Source: Lama guanicoe (Eukaryota). From it: a stretch of 64,000 nt of DNA. The position numbers and the translations under genes were made by a program. The DNA is taken from positions 148,879 through 212,878 of the forward strand of contig MU054204.1 of assembly GCA_013239625.1 (NCBI GenBank). The letters are read 5' to 3'. The notes under the pieces are model-generated. The model had not been told where the DNA came from. It worked only from the letters and a program-made list of their open reading frames with translations, and did not search any database. Of this stretch, positions 1 through 13,934 are shown piece after piece (within the stretch, counting starts at the first letter, position 1; every line of letters starts with the position of its first letter).

Positions 1-19
1 CCACCACTTCCTCCCCCCT

Positions 20-1425
20 CTTTTTTATTGTAGTAAAATACATATAGCATAAAATTTGTCATTTAAAAATTTTTAAATGTATAATTCAGTGGCATTATTA
101 CATGAACAATGTTATGCAACCATCACCAGTATCTATTTCCAAAAACGTTTTCATCACTCCAGACAGAAACTCTGTAAACATTAAGCAATCATTCCCCTTT
201 CTGTTTTTCCCCAAGACTCTGGTAACTGCTAATCTACTTTCTGTCCCTATGAATTTACCTCTTTTAGATATTTCATAAACTATTTGTTCTTGGTGTCTGG
301 CTTATTTTACAGAGTGTATTGTTTTCAATGTGCATCCATATTGTAGCATGTGCCCATTTTCATGGCTGAATAATATTCCATTGTATGACTATACTATGCT
401 TTTTTATACATTAGTCTGTTGATGGATGCTAGGGTTGCTTCCACCATTAAACTATTATGAATAATGCTGCACTGAACATTGGTGTACAAGTATCTGTTTG
501 AAACTTGTTTTAAATTCTTTTGGATATATATCTAGGAGTAGACTATAGAATAGGAATATGGTAATTCTATATTTAGCTTTGTGGGGAACTGCCAAACTGT
601 TTTTCACAGCAACTGAACCATTTTACATTCCTACCAGCAATGCATGTGTGGGTTCTAATTTCACCACATCCTTGCCAACATCTGATATTTTTCAATAAAA
701 AAATTATAGCCATCACAGTAGATATGAAGAGGTATCACGTTGTGGATTTCATTTACATTTTCCTAATGACTACTGATGTCAAGCATTTTTTCATGTGCTT
801 ATTGCCATTTGTATGTCTTCTTTAAATAAATGTCTACTCAAGTCCTTTTCACATTTTTCAATTGGATTGTTTGTCTTTAAAAGTTGTTGGATTGTTGAAG
901 TTCTTTATATATTCTAGCTATTAAACCCTTGTCAGATATATGATTTTCAAATGTTTCTCCCATTGTGTAGGTTTCTTTTTACTTTCTATATTTAATGCAC
1001 AAACGTTAAAAAAATTTTATTCTCAAACATTTTAAATTTTAAGTCCACTTTAGCTAGTTTTTCTTTTGTTGCTCATACGTTTGGTGTCATATGGAAGAAT
1101 GCATAGCCAAATTCAAGGTCTTGAAGATTTACTTTTACATTTTCTTCTAAGAGTTTTATAGTTTTAACTCTTATATTTAGGTCATTGATAAATTTTGAGT
1201 TAATTTTTGTACATAATATAAGGCAGAGGTTCAAATTCATTCTTTTGCATATAGAAATCCAGCAATCCCAGCATAATTTGTTGAAGAAATTATTATTTCC
1301 CCATTGAGTGGATTTGGCACCCTTGTCAAACATCAATTGAGCAAGGATGTATGGGTTTATTTCTGGACTCTCAATTTCATGCCATTGGTCTATATGTCTA
1401 TCCTATGGAAGTACCATATGTTTTT
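20..1425 (-). mobile_element. Old LINE-1, 3' UTR and ORF2 C-terminus
   Basis: ORF 1073-1336 (FDKGAKSTQWG..FNKLCWDCW) is L1 ORF2-like and decayed. Confidence 0.85.
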
Positions 1426-1444
1426 TATTTTAAATTAGGGAGAC

Positions 1445-3298
1445 TTTTTTTAATTGAAGTATAGTCAGTCACAATGTCAATTTGTGGCATACAGCATAAT
1501 GTTTCAATCATACATATAGATACATATATTCATTTTCATATTCTTTTTCATTATACATTATTACAAGATATTGAATACAGTTCTTTGTGCTATACAGAAG
1601 AAACTTGTTTTTTTATCTATTTTATATATAGTAGTTAGTATTTGTACATCTCAAATTCCCAATTTATCCCTTCCATCCCCTTTCCCCCAGGTAACCATAA
1701 GTTTGTTTACTATGTCTGTGAATTTGTTTCTGTTTTGTAGATAAGATCACCAGTGTCTTCTTTTTTCCTTCCTTTTCTTTTTTTTAGAGTGCACATATGA
1801 ATATAACATACGCTATTTTTTCTTTATATTTCTGGCTTACTTCACTTCGAATGACAATCTACAGATCCATCCATGTTGCTGCAAATAGCATTTTATTATT
1901 TTTTGTGGCTGAGTAATAGTTCATTGTATAAATATACCACAGCTTCTTTATCCAGTCATCTGTTGATGGATATTTAAGTTGTTTCCATGTCTTGGCTGTT
2001 GTAAATAGTGCTGCTATGACATTGGGGTGCATGTATCTTTTCGACTTAGTGTTCCCTCCAGATATATGCCTAGGAGTGTGATTGTTGGAACATATGATAA
2101 GTCTATTTTTAGTTTTTTGAGGAATCTCCATACTGTTTTCCATAGTGGCTGCACCAATTTACATTCCCACCAACAGTGTAGGAGTGTTCCCTTTTCTCCA
2201 CACCCTCTCCAGCAGTCATCATTTGTGGTCTTTTGAATGATGGCCATTCTGACTGGTGTGAAGTGATACTTCATTGTAGTTTTGATTTGCACTTTTCTGA
2301 TAATTAGCAATGTTGAGCATTTTTTCATGTGCCTATTGGCCATTTGTATGTCTTCATTGGAGAATTGCTTGTTTAGGTCTTTTGCCCATTTTTGGATTGG
2401 GTTGCATTTTTTTTTATTATTAAGTTGTATGAGCTGTTTATATATTCTGGAAATTAAACCTTTGTCAGTTACATCATTTGTAAATATTTTCTCCCATTCT
2501 GTAGATTGTCATTTTGTTTTGCTTATGGTTTCCTTTGCTGTAAAAAAAGCTTGTAAGTTTAATTAGGTCCCATTTATTTATTTTTGCCTTTATTTGCATT
2601 GCCTGAGTAGACTTCCCTAGGAGAACATTGCTAAGATTTATGTCAGAAAATGTTCTTCCTATGTTTTCTTCTAGGAGGTTTATAGGGTCTTGTCTTATAT
2701 TTAGGTCTTTAAGCCATTTCAAGTTTATTTTTGTATATGGTGTGAAGATATGTTCTAACTTCATTGATTTACATGCAGCTGTCCAGTTTTCCCAACACCA
2801 CTTGCCTAAGAGACTGTTTTTTTCTCCATTGTATATTCTTGTCTCCTTTGTCAAAGATTATTGGACCATAAATCTGTCAATTTATTTATGGTCTCTCTAT
2901 TCTGTTTCATTGATCCATATGTCTGGTTTTGTGCCAATACCACGCTGCAGTTCTGTAATATTGTCTGAAGACTAAGAGGGTTATTCCTCCAGCCTCGTTC
3001 TTTTTCTTCAGTATTGCTTTGACAATTCTGGGTCTTTTGTGATTCCACATAAATTTAGGATTATTTGTTCTAGTTCTGTGAAAAATGTATTGGGTAATTT
3101 GATAGGGATTGCATTCAATCTGTAGATTGTTTTGGATAGTATGGCCATTTAAACAATATTAGTTATTCCAATCCAAGAGCATAGGGTACCTTTCCATTTT
3201 TTAAGTCATCTTTAATTTCCTTAATCTGTGTTTCGTAGTTCTCCATGTATGTCTTTCACCTCCTTGCTCAGATTTATTCCTACATATTTTATTGTTTT
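1445..3298 (-). mobile_element. Younger LINE-1 (ORF2 3' part and 3' UTR) nested in the older L1
   Basis: ORF2 peptides [17 protein letters not shown] and [18 protein letters not shown]; poly(T) at the left end. Confidence 0.9.
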
Positions 3299-5529
3299 AA
3301 TATCATGCTGTTTTGATCACTGAAGGCTTCTAGTAAGATTTGCAATCTGGAAATGTGAGTCTTCCAACTATTTTCTTATTTTTAAAGATTGTTGTGGTTA
3401 TTTAAGTCCCCTTAGAATTCTATAATAATTTGGTGATCTGCTTTTCCATTTCTGAAAAAAGGCTGTTGGAGTTTTGATGATGGTTGTGTTGAATTTGTAG
3501 ATCATTTTTGGTAATATTGACATTTTAACAATGTTAAGTCTTCCTACACATGAACATGGAGTGGCTTTCCATTTATTTAGGTCTTCTTTTAGCAGTGTTT
3601 CATAGTTTTCAGTGTACCAGTCTTTCATCTCCCTGGTTAAATGTACTCTTTTAGGTGTTATTATAAGTGGAATTTTTTTTTCGTTTTCACATTGTTCACT
3701 ATATGTGTATAGAAACACAACTGATTTTTGTGTGTTGATCTTGTACCCAGCAACTTGAATTCTTTTATAAACTCTAGTAGATTTCCTCTGGATTCTTTGG
3801 CATTTTCTATGTATAGGAACATGTCATCTGCAAGTAGAGATAGTTTTACTTCTTTCTATTAAATTTGGATGCCTTTTTTCTGTTTAATTGCCCTGGCTAG
3901 AAGTTCCAGTAAAATACTGAATAGCAGTGGTAAGAGTGGTCTTGTTTCCTGCTCTAAAGGAGATTGCTTCCAGTCTTTAGCCATTGAGAATGGTATTGGC
4001 TGTGGTTTCTTATTATAAATGCTCTGTATCATGTAGAGGAAATTATCTTCTATTCCTAGTTTTCTAAGTACTCTTATCATGAAATGGTGTTGGATTTTGT
4101 CAAATGCCTTTTCTTCATTAATGGGGATGATCATGTGGATTTTTTCTTCCAGCTGTTTATATGGTGTATTACATCAATTGATTTTCTTATGTTGAATCAC
4201 TTTTGTATTCCTACCCAGTCATGATGTGTAATCCTTTCACTATGCTGTTGGATTCAGTTTGCTAATTTTTTGTTGAGAATTTTGCTTCTATATTCATAAA
4301 GGATATTCATCTGTTATTTTCTTATGATGTCTGGCTTTAGTATCAGGATAATGCTGACCTCATAGAATGAGTGAGAAAGTGCTCTCTCCTCTTTTATTTT
4401 AGAAGAGTTTGAGAAGGATTGGTGTTATTTCTTTTTTAAATACTTGCTAGAATTCACTATTGAAGAAATCTGGTCCTTGGCTTCTCTTTGTTGGGAGGTT
4501 TTTGATTTCTGATTCAATCTCTTTACTTTTTATAGTTCTGTTGATATTTTCCACTTCTTCTTGAGTCAGTTTAGGTAGTTAGTGTATTTTGAAGAATCTA
4601 TCCATTTCATCTAGGTCATCTGATATTTCGGTACAGAAATATTCATAGTATTCTTTTATAATCCTTGTTCGTTTATGTAATATTGGTAGTAATATCTCCA
4701 CTTTCATTTTTTATTTTATCTGTTTATTTTTATTTTTTTTTCTTTGTCAAAATAGCTTTGCTATTTGTTCATTTTGTTGATCTTTTCAAAGAACTTTTGA
4801 TTGCATTGATTCTCTCTATTGCTTTTCTATATTCTATTTTATTATTCTCCACTCCAGTCTTTATTATATCCTTCTTCTGATAGGTTTGGGTTTAGTTTGG
4901 TCTTCTTTTTCTAGTTCCTTGAGGTGTAAGTTAAGTTATTTATTTGAGATAGTTCTTCTTTTTATTACTGGTATTTGTAGCTATGTTTCTCCCTAAGCAC
5001 TGTCTTTTGCTGCATTCTGTAAATTTTGGTGTGTTGTGTGTGTTCACTGAAATGTCTGTTTCTTAGCTTCTGTTCAGCTAATATTTTGACAGAGATTTCC
5101 TTGAAAGATCACATATTAAAACAAACAGACAAATGCCTCTTTCAGTCTTTGCAAATTGGTTCTTAGCCAAGCTTGCAGAGAGCATAAGGAATCAGCCCAA
5201 CGTGAAAATTTAGGGTCTTCTCAAGTCTTTCCCCAGCATGTGTCTTGCCCTAGGCATGCATGTGGCCTTCTAGATTCCCCTGAATGTCCTAATTTCCCAA
5301 AGAAATTCTCCCCAGCTTATGTTCCCAGGCTTTAGACTGGCTGATGGTCTATTTTGAAAGTTATCTTTTGCCCCAGGCATCTGCAGGTTCTTAGTTCAGC
5401 TTTCTGTGTTTTCAAGCAGTGCCCAATGCTTTTCCAACCTGAATTCCAAGTTAGGTGAGACAGAGATGAGCATCTCATGTCAGTTTTCAGATAGCTCCAG
5501 ACAGGTTAAAACAGACATACCCATAAAAA

Positions 5530-5750
5530 AAACAAGGGTCTTCCGTATAGCACAGGGAATTATATTCAATATCTTGTAATAACCTATAATGGAAAAAATC
5601 TGAAAAAGACTATATATATGTGTATGTATAATGGAATTACTTTGCTGTACACCTGAAACAAATACAACATTGTAAATCAACTATACTTCAATAAAAAAGT
5701 TCCAAATTAAATAATACTAGTAATTAAAACTCCTATTAATCTAAAAAAAA
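5530..5750 (+). mobile_element. Short L1 3' end insertion
   Basis: L1 3' UTR sequence ending CTATACTTCAATAAAAAA; flanking repeat AGACATACCCA. Confidence 0.8.
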
Positions 5751-5899
5751 GACATACCCAATAATTTGTTAATAAGGTCTCTTCTTCTTCATCTGAAACC
5801 AGGGACCAAGATTCCACACTGCTACTGCTCTGGGGAAGAGGTGAGAGAAGGGCTAGTAAAAGTGTCACAAAGCTTTCCTACCATTTTGAAGTTGTATTT

Positions 5900-5990
5900 T
5901 TCTTTTTTTTAACATTTTTTATTGATTTATAATCATTTTACAATGTTGTGTCAAATTCCAGTGTTCAGCACAATTTTTCAGTCATTCATT
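5900..5990 (-). mobile_element. Very short young L1 3' terminus
   Basis: Same terminus as the element at 15519 (AACATTTTTTATTGATTTATAATCATTTTACAATG). Confidence 0.8.
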
Positions 5991-6673
5991 AAGTATTCGA
6001 TTGGTTGCTGTGAACCCTTGACTATTTACCAGAGTTCTGAAAGTTTGTTCTGACAGTTTTTGCTTACCTTTTGATTTTTCTTTGGAAGCATGGAACTTCT
6101 ACAAACCGTCCAGGTAACTCTGATGCAAGATCAGTTTGGAGAACTTATCATGTGGCCTGAAAGATATGGCTCAATTTCCTGGGGGAATAACTGGAGCTTT
6201 TGTGGCATTCTCCGTCATCTCTATGTCAGTATTCTTTGAGAAATCCAGACCAAAATTCCAGTGGCAACACTTATGTCTCCATTTTCTACTGCTCCCAAAC
6301 AGGATAGACAGTCATGATCACTCAACATTGGCTCCAGAGCCCTTATACTAGTGGACTTTTATCTAGGTGAATCAGAATCTGAGTAAAGCCAGACCATGTA
6401 TGGATGGATACATGAAATATAGGACTTGATCTTGGCTTAATCCTAATCTGCAGAAGCAAGGTGACAACTCTTAACAGCCATGTAAAAGGCCATAGACCCC
6501 AAATCCAGATACTGAAGGAAATTCAAGAAAATCTCATATAAAAGATATTCTGGGGCAGTGGAGGCTCCCGAAATTCCCTGTTGGGAAAGCTTGAATAATT
6601 GTTCTGTTTGTAAATGGGTAGAGTGAGGAAAAACTAAGAAATTAGTTTTGAAATGACATTTGCATACTATTTT

Positions 6674-7539
6674 TTTTGTTTATTTGATTTAAAAAAATTT
6701 TTTTACAGCTATATGGGTCAATGGAACAGAATAGAGAGCCCAGAAATGAGCCCACAAATTTTTGGTCAATTAATCTTTGACAAAGGAAGCAAGAATATAC
6801 AATGGAGTAAAGACAATCTCTTCAGCAAATGGTGTTGGGAAAACTGGACAGCAACATGTAAATCAATGAAGCTAGAACAATCCCTTACACCATACACAAA
6901 AATAAACTCAAAATGGATCAAAGACTTAAACGTAAGACAAAATACAATAAATCTCCTAGAAGAAAATATAGGCAAAACATTATCTCACATACATCTCAGC
7001 AATGTTCTCCTAGGGCAGTCTACCCAAGCAATAGAAATAAAAGCAAAAATAAACAAATGGGACCTAATTAAACTTATAAGCTTTTGCACAGCAAAGGAAA
7101 CCATAAGTAAAACAAAATGACAACCTATGGAATTGGAAAAATATTTGCAAATGATGCAAGTGAGAAAGGTTTAATTTCCAGAATATATAAACAGCTCATA
7201 CAACTTAATAAGAAAAACAAACAACCCAATCTAAAAATGAGCAGAAGACCTATACAAACAATTCTCCAATGAAGACACACAAACGGCCAATAGGCACATG
7301 AATAAATGCTCAATATCACTAATTATCAGAGAAATGCAAATCAAAACTACGATGAGGTATCACCTCACACCAGTCAGAATGGCCATCATTCAGAAGCCCA
7401 CAAATGACAAATACCAGAAAGGCTGTGGAGAAAAGGGAACCCTCCTACACTGCTGGTGGGAATGCAGTTTGGTGCAGTCACTGTGGAAAACAGTACAGAG
7501 ATTCCTCAAAAGACTAAAAATAGACTTACCATATGATCC
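6674..7539 (+). mobile_element. L1 ORF2 fragment, probable 5'-inverted insertion
   Basis: ORF 6653-7120 is L1 ORF2; TSD TGCATACTATTTT at 6661-6673 and 7540-7552. Confidence 0.85.
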
Positions 7540-8989
7540 TGCATACTATTTTGAATTAGAGTGTGTGTTTTTCTGGGAGCTTTAGGAGTGACTAGTGGCT
7601 ATTAAGGGAGTTTAAAGACATACCTCTGTCCTAATGCCAAGCCAGATGTCTCTACCCTAGCTGACCCTAAGTTCTCCTAAGAAATCATGACTAATCATCT
7701 GCAGAAATGGACTTGAGAGGGTGGAGGAAAGGACCAGGGCAATGAGACAGCAAAAATCTCCAGTCTCACTGTCTCGGGTCAGTGGCCTCCTATATAAGAC
7801 TATGAGATATAAAGCCTAAACTGGGGTCACAAGACTTGAAGGTATGCACACCTGGTCCCCTGCACTCACGTGCTCCCTTAAGAGTCCACATACCACACCA
7901 CGCACACATGCAGTGAGCCAAGACACAGCCCGATTCTACTCTAAAACAACAACAGCAAAGCATTTATTTCCAAAAAAGGGACAAGGTCACAAGAAAAGGC
8001 CTATAATAATTAACTAAGTCAATGGAAAACTCATTTTTCAAATACCCCCCATGGAGACTTAGGACAAAACAACAGCTTAGTGAATGTTTGGTTACAGTTT
8101 ATAGCTATTTCTCTTGCCCTTGATCCGCTGCTGTGATTTTTCAGCTTCCTCTGCCAATCTTGCTCAGCACTAGCGATTCAAAGATTAAAGTCCAGGTATG
8201 AGAATGGAATTGCCCTATTTGCAGCTTTGATCTGTGGGCTCTTCTGAGCCCTGTGGTCCCTTGTGTTGAGTTTTGTCAGTTTTTACCCTAGCAAACAAAG
8301 GAAGAATGACACCAGTTAAAATCTGTTCAGGACAACAGAGCCTGTATCGAAGGTAAAATAGATGAAATTTAACAGGGGGAACAAAGTGGGAGAGATGAGA
8401 TCAAACAGGAGAAAATGAGGCAACTCAGAAATTAGAAATAGTAGAAACCTGCCTGTCATCCCGAGGACTGCAAGAAGGCAGGGAGGAAGTAGTATTTCTC
8501 TAGCCTAAGTGTCAAGTTCATTGTAGAGGCTTCCAGGTAGAAGGTGGAACAGTTGAGGGAAGGCTCCTCAACAGAAACTAGTACTTAGGAAGAGATATAG
8601 CTACAACCAAGATGCCACTTGCATTAGAGAAACTGTGCTGGGCACCTTTTGTTGACTCCTCTCCCATTGGTTGCATTCTTGGTGATACTGTCATGCGTGG
8701 TGCTCTACCCAGCTCTATCCAGAGCATGGATGAGTATGTGATACATGGTATACCAAACACATCCTCTCTCAGAAGTTTTAATCTTGAGCACAAGGACAAA
8801 AAATTAGTTGGAACTGTTTCAGCCATATGGTGTTACCTTGAAATGGCCACACATCCATCTGTATCTACCTAGATCCTCAGAAACACTCTACCTTGTGTTT
8901 TGTTTTATTTCTCCCCCCAAAGCCTTTATCAGTTCTTCCATTAAATCCCTTTATTTGTTCAGGTCTTCCCTTCCATGCCTCCTGGGTCT

Positions 8990-9310
8990 TAAGAATGTCT
9001 ACTCATCCTTTAATACCCAATTCAAATGTTACTTCTTCTGTGAAAATTTCCCTAGTCCTCACTTCTCTAAAAAACTTTAGTTGCTCACTCCTCTTGTTTC
9101 CCATAACATTCTAAACATATCTCTGTTTCAGGACTTATCATATTATCTGATTATTCCTTATTTACTTGTCTGCCTCCCTTCTAGACTGTAAGGTTCTTAA
9201 GAGCAGGACTATGTCTTATTATATCTCAGGATTCTCAGTACCTAGCTGCTTGGCACATAGCAAATGCTTGATAAAAGCTTGGTGAATGTATGAATAAGTG
9301 AATGGATAAA
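8990..9310. mobile_element. L2 3' relic
   Basis: CTAGACTGTAAGGTTCTTAAGAGCAGG..TGAATGTATGAAT. Confidence 0.6.
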
Positions 9311-9463
9311 TTTGTCAGCATATCTCCTCTGATTACAGTGGAAACCATAGTTCTTTCCTTCTTTGAATTTAAAAGGGTTTGAAGCTCATAGCTTTAAGGG
9401 CTTAAAAGGGAGAAATTAGTTCAATATATGTTCCCAATAAGAAGAGATATAGATACTTCTAGT

Positions 9464-9549
9464 GGGGAGGGTAATTAGCTCAGTGGTAGAGCATATGCTT
9501 AGCATGGATGAGGCCCTAGGTTCAATCCCCAGTACCTCCATTAAAAAAA
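9464..9549 (+). mobile_element. tRNA-Ala(AGC)-derived SINE (vic-1-like)
   Basis: A box TAGCTCAGTGG, TTAGCAT loop, B box GGTTCAATCC, A tail. Confidence 0.85.
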
Positions 9550-9779
9550 GACATACTTTTATAAAGGCAGGAGACAGAAGTGAGAAAGAGAGGGAGAGAG
9601 GTGGGGGGAATAGGGAGAGACAGGGAGAAGAATGAGAACAAGAAGGCAGTGACAAGTCACAGCCAATTACAAGGCTGTACAAGGAAATTCTGCTTGAGGT
9701 TCTGAGATATTGAGAGAGGTCAGTGTTCCACTTGAGATGATGGCCATCAGATTCCCTAGAGATTTAAAGGAGGTAAGTC

Positions 9780-10183
9780 CAATGGTATGCTGGTAAATAT
9801 TTAACAGCTCTCTCTGGGGGAAAAATACCTTAATTATTAGCATTTGCCAATTTCCTTCTTGTAACTACTCCCATTCTGGTCAATTTCAAGCTACCAATGT
9901 GGCATGATTGGATGCAGATTTGAGAAGAGATGCTCCATAGTACATCATTATATCATATTTCCAACCTACAGATACAACAGATAGCTATAACTTTGAAATC
10001 ATAGATAATAATAAAATGTGATGAAATGATTAATGAATAATGAGAATTTATTACCTTTCTTGAAATGTCAGCTTGTATAATTTAATTTTTAGCGATGGCT
10101 CCTTTTAACAACTTCCTTGCAAACTTCCTAAAAATTGAACTATCAGCTCTCATGAGCAGGTGTGAACCAAGAGCACACCGCTG
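9780..10183. mobile_element. Non-autonomous hAT DNA transposon relic (Arthur1-like)
   Basis: Imperfect terminal inverted repeats CAATGGTATGCT / AGCACACCGCTG; start GGTAAATATTTAACA recalled from Arthur1. Confidence 0.55.
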
Positions 10184-10939
10184 TGGATGACTCTATCCTT
10201 GGGCTAGACCTGGGACTCAGAGAAGCCCAAATAGACAAAGATATACCAAAGTTGAGAGAAGGATGGGTGGCCAACTGTCACTGTAGTCTGATTGAAATGA
10301 TCGAGCCTGCTAGGTCTAAAAGTATGAGTGCTGTACACTGAGGCAGCAAATAGATAAACACTGTGGTTTCCTGGTACCCAGAGGAGAAACTATACTTGGT
10401 AGCTCCAAATACTAGATAGCTTTAAAACAAAATACCTCTGATTCATTGTATAATCTGCCTTATTGCTGAAAATTGTCTTTATAATTGAGATGGAGCCAGT
10501 GAGCAGAACAACTTGTTCTGTTGTGACTATCCGCTGAATATCCCTGGACTGAGATGGTGCTTACAGAGCTATGTTAAGAGCTATGCTCTCTGAAATTTGT
10601 GCAATCAACAGGTTGGCTGTCTTTCTAAAGTGTCTAGTTCATAAAGAATCCCCTTTTACTCAAATAAGGAAATTGTATTTGGAATGCCTAGATACTGGTA
10701 CAGATTTTATGCATGCAAGAAAAGGGCAGTGCCAATTATAGTCTGCCAAGAAAGTCTCACCTTCACAAACTCAACTTGTCTTCTTGGTAGTAAATTGGGC
10801 ATATTTGTGGTTCCTCACTTCAAGATTGTATTTTTGGTCTTCTTTGACCTTGGGTTTCACCTTCACAGGACATTTTCAATAACTTTGAAAAGAACAAGGA
10901 GGAAATACAGCTCAAAACCTAGTATTGTAATTATAAAAC

Positions 10940-11165
10940 ACATACTCTGTGCTTAGCACACTTTTATACATCATCTCATTTAATCTTCCAAAAAACCCGA
11001 CAAGGGGGTACTATTATTTTCTTATTTTACAAATGAGGGAAATGCAAATCAGTAAGGTATAGTACCTTGCTTAAGGTCACATAGTCATGCGAGCGGGCCT
11101 GGGGTCTGAAGCCAGGTATATCTGATGCCCAAGTCTCACAGGCTGTACACCACACCATGCTGTCC
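10940..11165 (-). mobile_element. MIR relic
   Basis: ATTTTACAAATGAGGGAAA..AAGGTCACATAG core. Confidence 0.65.
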
Positions 11166-11784
11166 GAGGTACTGTCTCTCCATTGCAGAAGCTAGTCAGA
11201 GAGAGAGGGGGTGGTCTGTGCAGAGTGTCAAAAGATAAGTAGAAAGGTATGTATCTTTCTGCAGAGTCACATGGAAATTCTGAACTCAGGCCTATGAGAA
11301 TTAAAAGCACAATTAATTGCCCCACCTCCTTATATCAACCATGTGATTAAACTTAAAAAGAACTTGAAACCAGTATTTCCTTTTAAAAGTTGAAACTTTA
11401 GGGCAGCTTTTAAAGAAATTTATTAGATAAAATTACACATCTTTGTTCCCTTTCTCTTGTTCTTAATTTTTTTCCAAGCCAGACTTTGGAAAGGCCAGCT
11501 TTTCCTGGCAGTTTACCCTTGCACCTCTTGTTTGGCATAAAACTCTCTTTAGCCTTGATCTCAGCTGTCAGATCAACTGCCTTTCTATTTTGTCTTTCCC
11601 TCCCTGAGCCTGAAAGAACACGCTAAGTGCAGACAAGGGGGTAAGGGAGAGAAAGACGAGTGGTGACCTCTCTCCTCTAATGTTTCTCCTTTCTTTCTTT
11701 CCATGAGTAAGACCAAATGTCCCACTCACTAGGTTTACCCCAGTCATACAGTTTGATAGCCACTTTACCTGGAAAGTTTTTTAG

Positions 11785-11841
11785 TGTATGTATGTGTGTG
11801 TGTGTGTGTGTCCGTGTGTGTGTGTGTGTGTTTGTGTGTGT
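11785..11841. repeat. (TG)n microsatellite, interrupted
   Basis: Seen directly. Confidence 0.95.
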
Positions 11842-13845
11842 TTCCTCCTCCCCTATTAGCGTTCACTCCACATTCCATCCTTCCACAAGAGTACCTCAAG
11901 CAGAGAGCAGCTTACATACATTGCTGAGGTGACTGCAAATTTCTTAGCTGGTTCCCTTGAGAAACCCCTTAACCATGGACATATTTACAAAGTGCCCCCA
12001 GAAAATTGAAAGAGATCATATCTATTCCATCTTAACTAAATCATTTGAAAACAATTGGAAATGAAAATGAAACCAGTTTTATTATAGGGTCCATCCTAGC
12101 TTCTTTTTCATCCATGTTCTCTTCTCTTCCCTGAATTTCTTTTGCAGTTCTGTCAAGAGCCCAGGCTCCAATCCCTCCCCACAACCACCAATGACATGAA
12201 ACCACTCATTCACATGAATGATGAAATCATCTGGGAACTTTAAAAAATATTATTATTCAGTGGTCTAGGGTGGAGCTTGAGCATCAGTATTGTTTCATAG
12301 CTTCCTAGATGATGATTCTAATCCTATTCTCTGGGCTTGTCTTCCCTGCCCCACCTTTTTCCCTAGCAAAATTTGTTCTCACCTATCAGTGACTTGGGAA
12401 AATATCTAATAAATTCATCTGCAATAAGGCATTGATAACTGATAAAGGCTTAACGTGCTAGCAGCCAATGGGATTTTTCATTTTGATTAGGAAAACAATA
12501 AAAAAGAAAAACTCCAATGGCAGAAATTTAGACATGGGGGAGAGATTTTGGTTGGAAAAGTTTCCCAGCCCTCAATTCGTATTATATAGGTCAATGTCGT
12601 CCATGTTTTTCACACACACACATCCATGACAAACCTTAACTAAAAATAAGAAAACGGAATTTAAAAAATCAATAATAATAATTTTATTATAGTGAGAGTA
12701 ACAGTGATTTATTTGCAATATTTTGCCAAGACATTTTTATCTAGATACTGACTGGAGTTATAGATCAGGTTTTACGTCCCTTTGGTTTCTTTTCTTACCT
12801 TTATTCTGAATAAAAGAAAAAAAACCAATTCACAAATTAAAATTGTTAAGAATGGCAGTAAGTATCTGGTGGTTCTGGCAGATAGTTTTGGATATTTATG
12901 TTCAGACAGAACATTAACCTAGAAATTATGAAATGATTTCTCACTACAGACTACATCCAGCATTCTATCAGACAGGGATATAATAAGCATTTACTCTTAA
13001 AAGCTGAAAAGGTGAATGTTTCAACCTGGAAGATAGTAGCAAATGGATCTAATTCTTTCTTTGGTTGCATTCATCTCTGAAAGGTATTTTTTCCACATTT
13101 CATTACAGCATGCGGATATGGTTTTAAAATATGCCACATTTTTTTCTCCAATGAGCGAAGAAAATCACCAAGTCAAACTTTCAGTGATTGAACAATTTGT
13201 ATCACATTTAAGTCATCCAGAGAAATCTTGATACCAGAAACGGGTAATATTTATGCCCTGAAGTGATAAGCTCAGGCTGCTCCAAATACAAAATGTATTG
13301 CTGAGATACACCACTTGAGTGATTGTATTGAAATAATACCAACTGAATTTCGTGTTATCACTGTCATGAAGAAATGCTTTATGTTTCATCCCTCAAAAAA
13401 CTTGGGAGAATATCTTTCCCTTTGATAGACCTCATAAATCAGTGTGGAAAGATAGACCTGTACTCACCACCCATTTCTTCACTTAGCATCCTGAAAAGAT
13501 GAACACTCAACAGGAGGTATGTTCTCATAATCCTAATCTTGATCCTTTTCAACACTGAATCAAAATCAAGAGACATCTGATGGACCACTAATTTTCTTTG
13601 ACTACTTCTAAGTATGAATTGACATTCAAGTATGACTTCTTTTATTCATGTGGCCGCAGGACCCTTCCTTGTTGCATGCATAGTTCCTGCTTTGTCAGTA
13701 TTGATTTTAGCCCTATTTCTTTCAATTTTTAATCACATATCACAAAATGATCTTTAAGTTATGCTAATAAACTTTTTAAAATAGCAATTTTATTATCTTC
13801 AACACATCACCAGCCCATTCTTGGGCTATATGCTTTTTGATACTA

Positions 13846-13934
13846 TTTTTTTCTTTAATGGTAGTACTGGGGATTGAACCCAGGACCTCCTGCATGCTAA
13901 GCACACACATTATCACTGAGCTACTTCTCCACCC
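13846..13934 (-). mobile_element. tRNA-Ala-derived SINE
   Basis: Reverse complement of the same consensus. Confidence 0.85.

Larger units (their letters stand above)
3300..6090 (-). mobile_element. Continuation of the old LINE-1 (ORF2 RT region, then a probable 5' UTR part after an internal deletion)
   Basis: EKAFDKIQHHFM and GRLNIVKMSILPKMIY motifs; 5040-6090 resembles an L1M 5' region (less certain). Confidence 0.75.

Noticed and set aside
1859..4134. L1 ORF2-like ORFs as functional genes
   Set aside because: Fragmented by stops and frameshifts; no intact L1 in the window
8130..8202. Exon-like AG...CAG|GTATGA segment
   Set aside because: No recognisable product or partner exons; plausible by chance
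13020..13260. Minus-strand peptide with N-glycosylation-like sequons, first considered a viral glycoprotein relic
   Set aside because: Flanking translation places it inside the hAT transposase fossil
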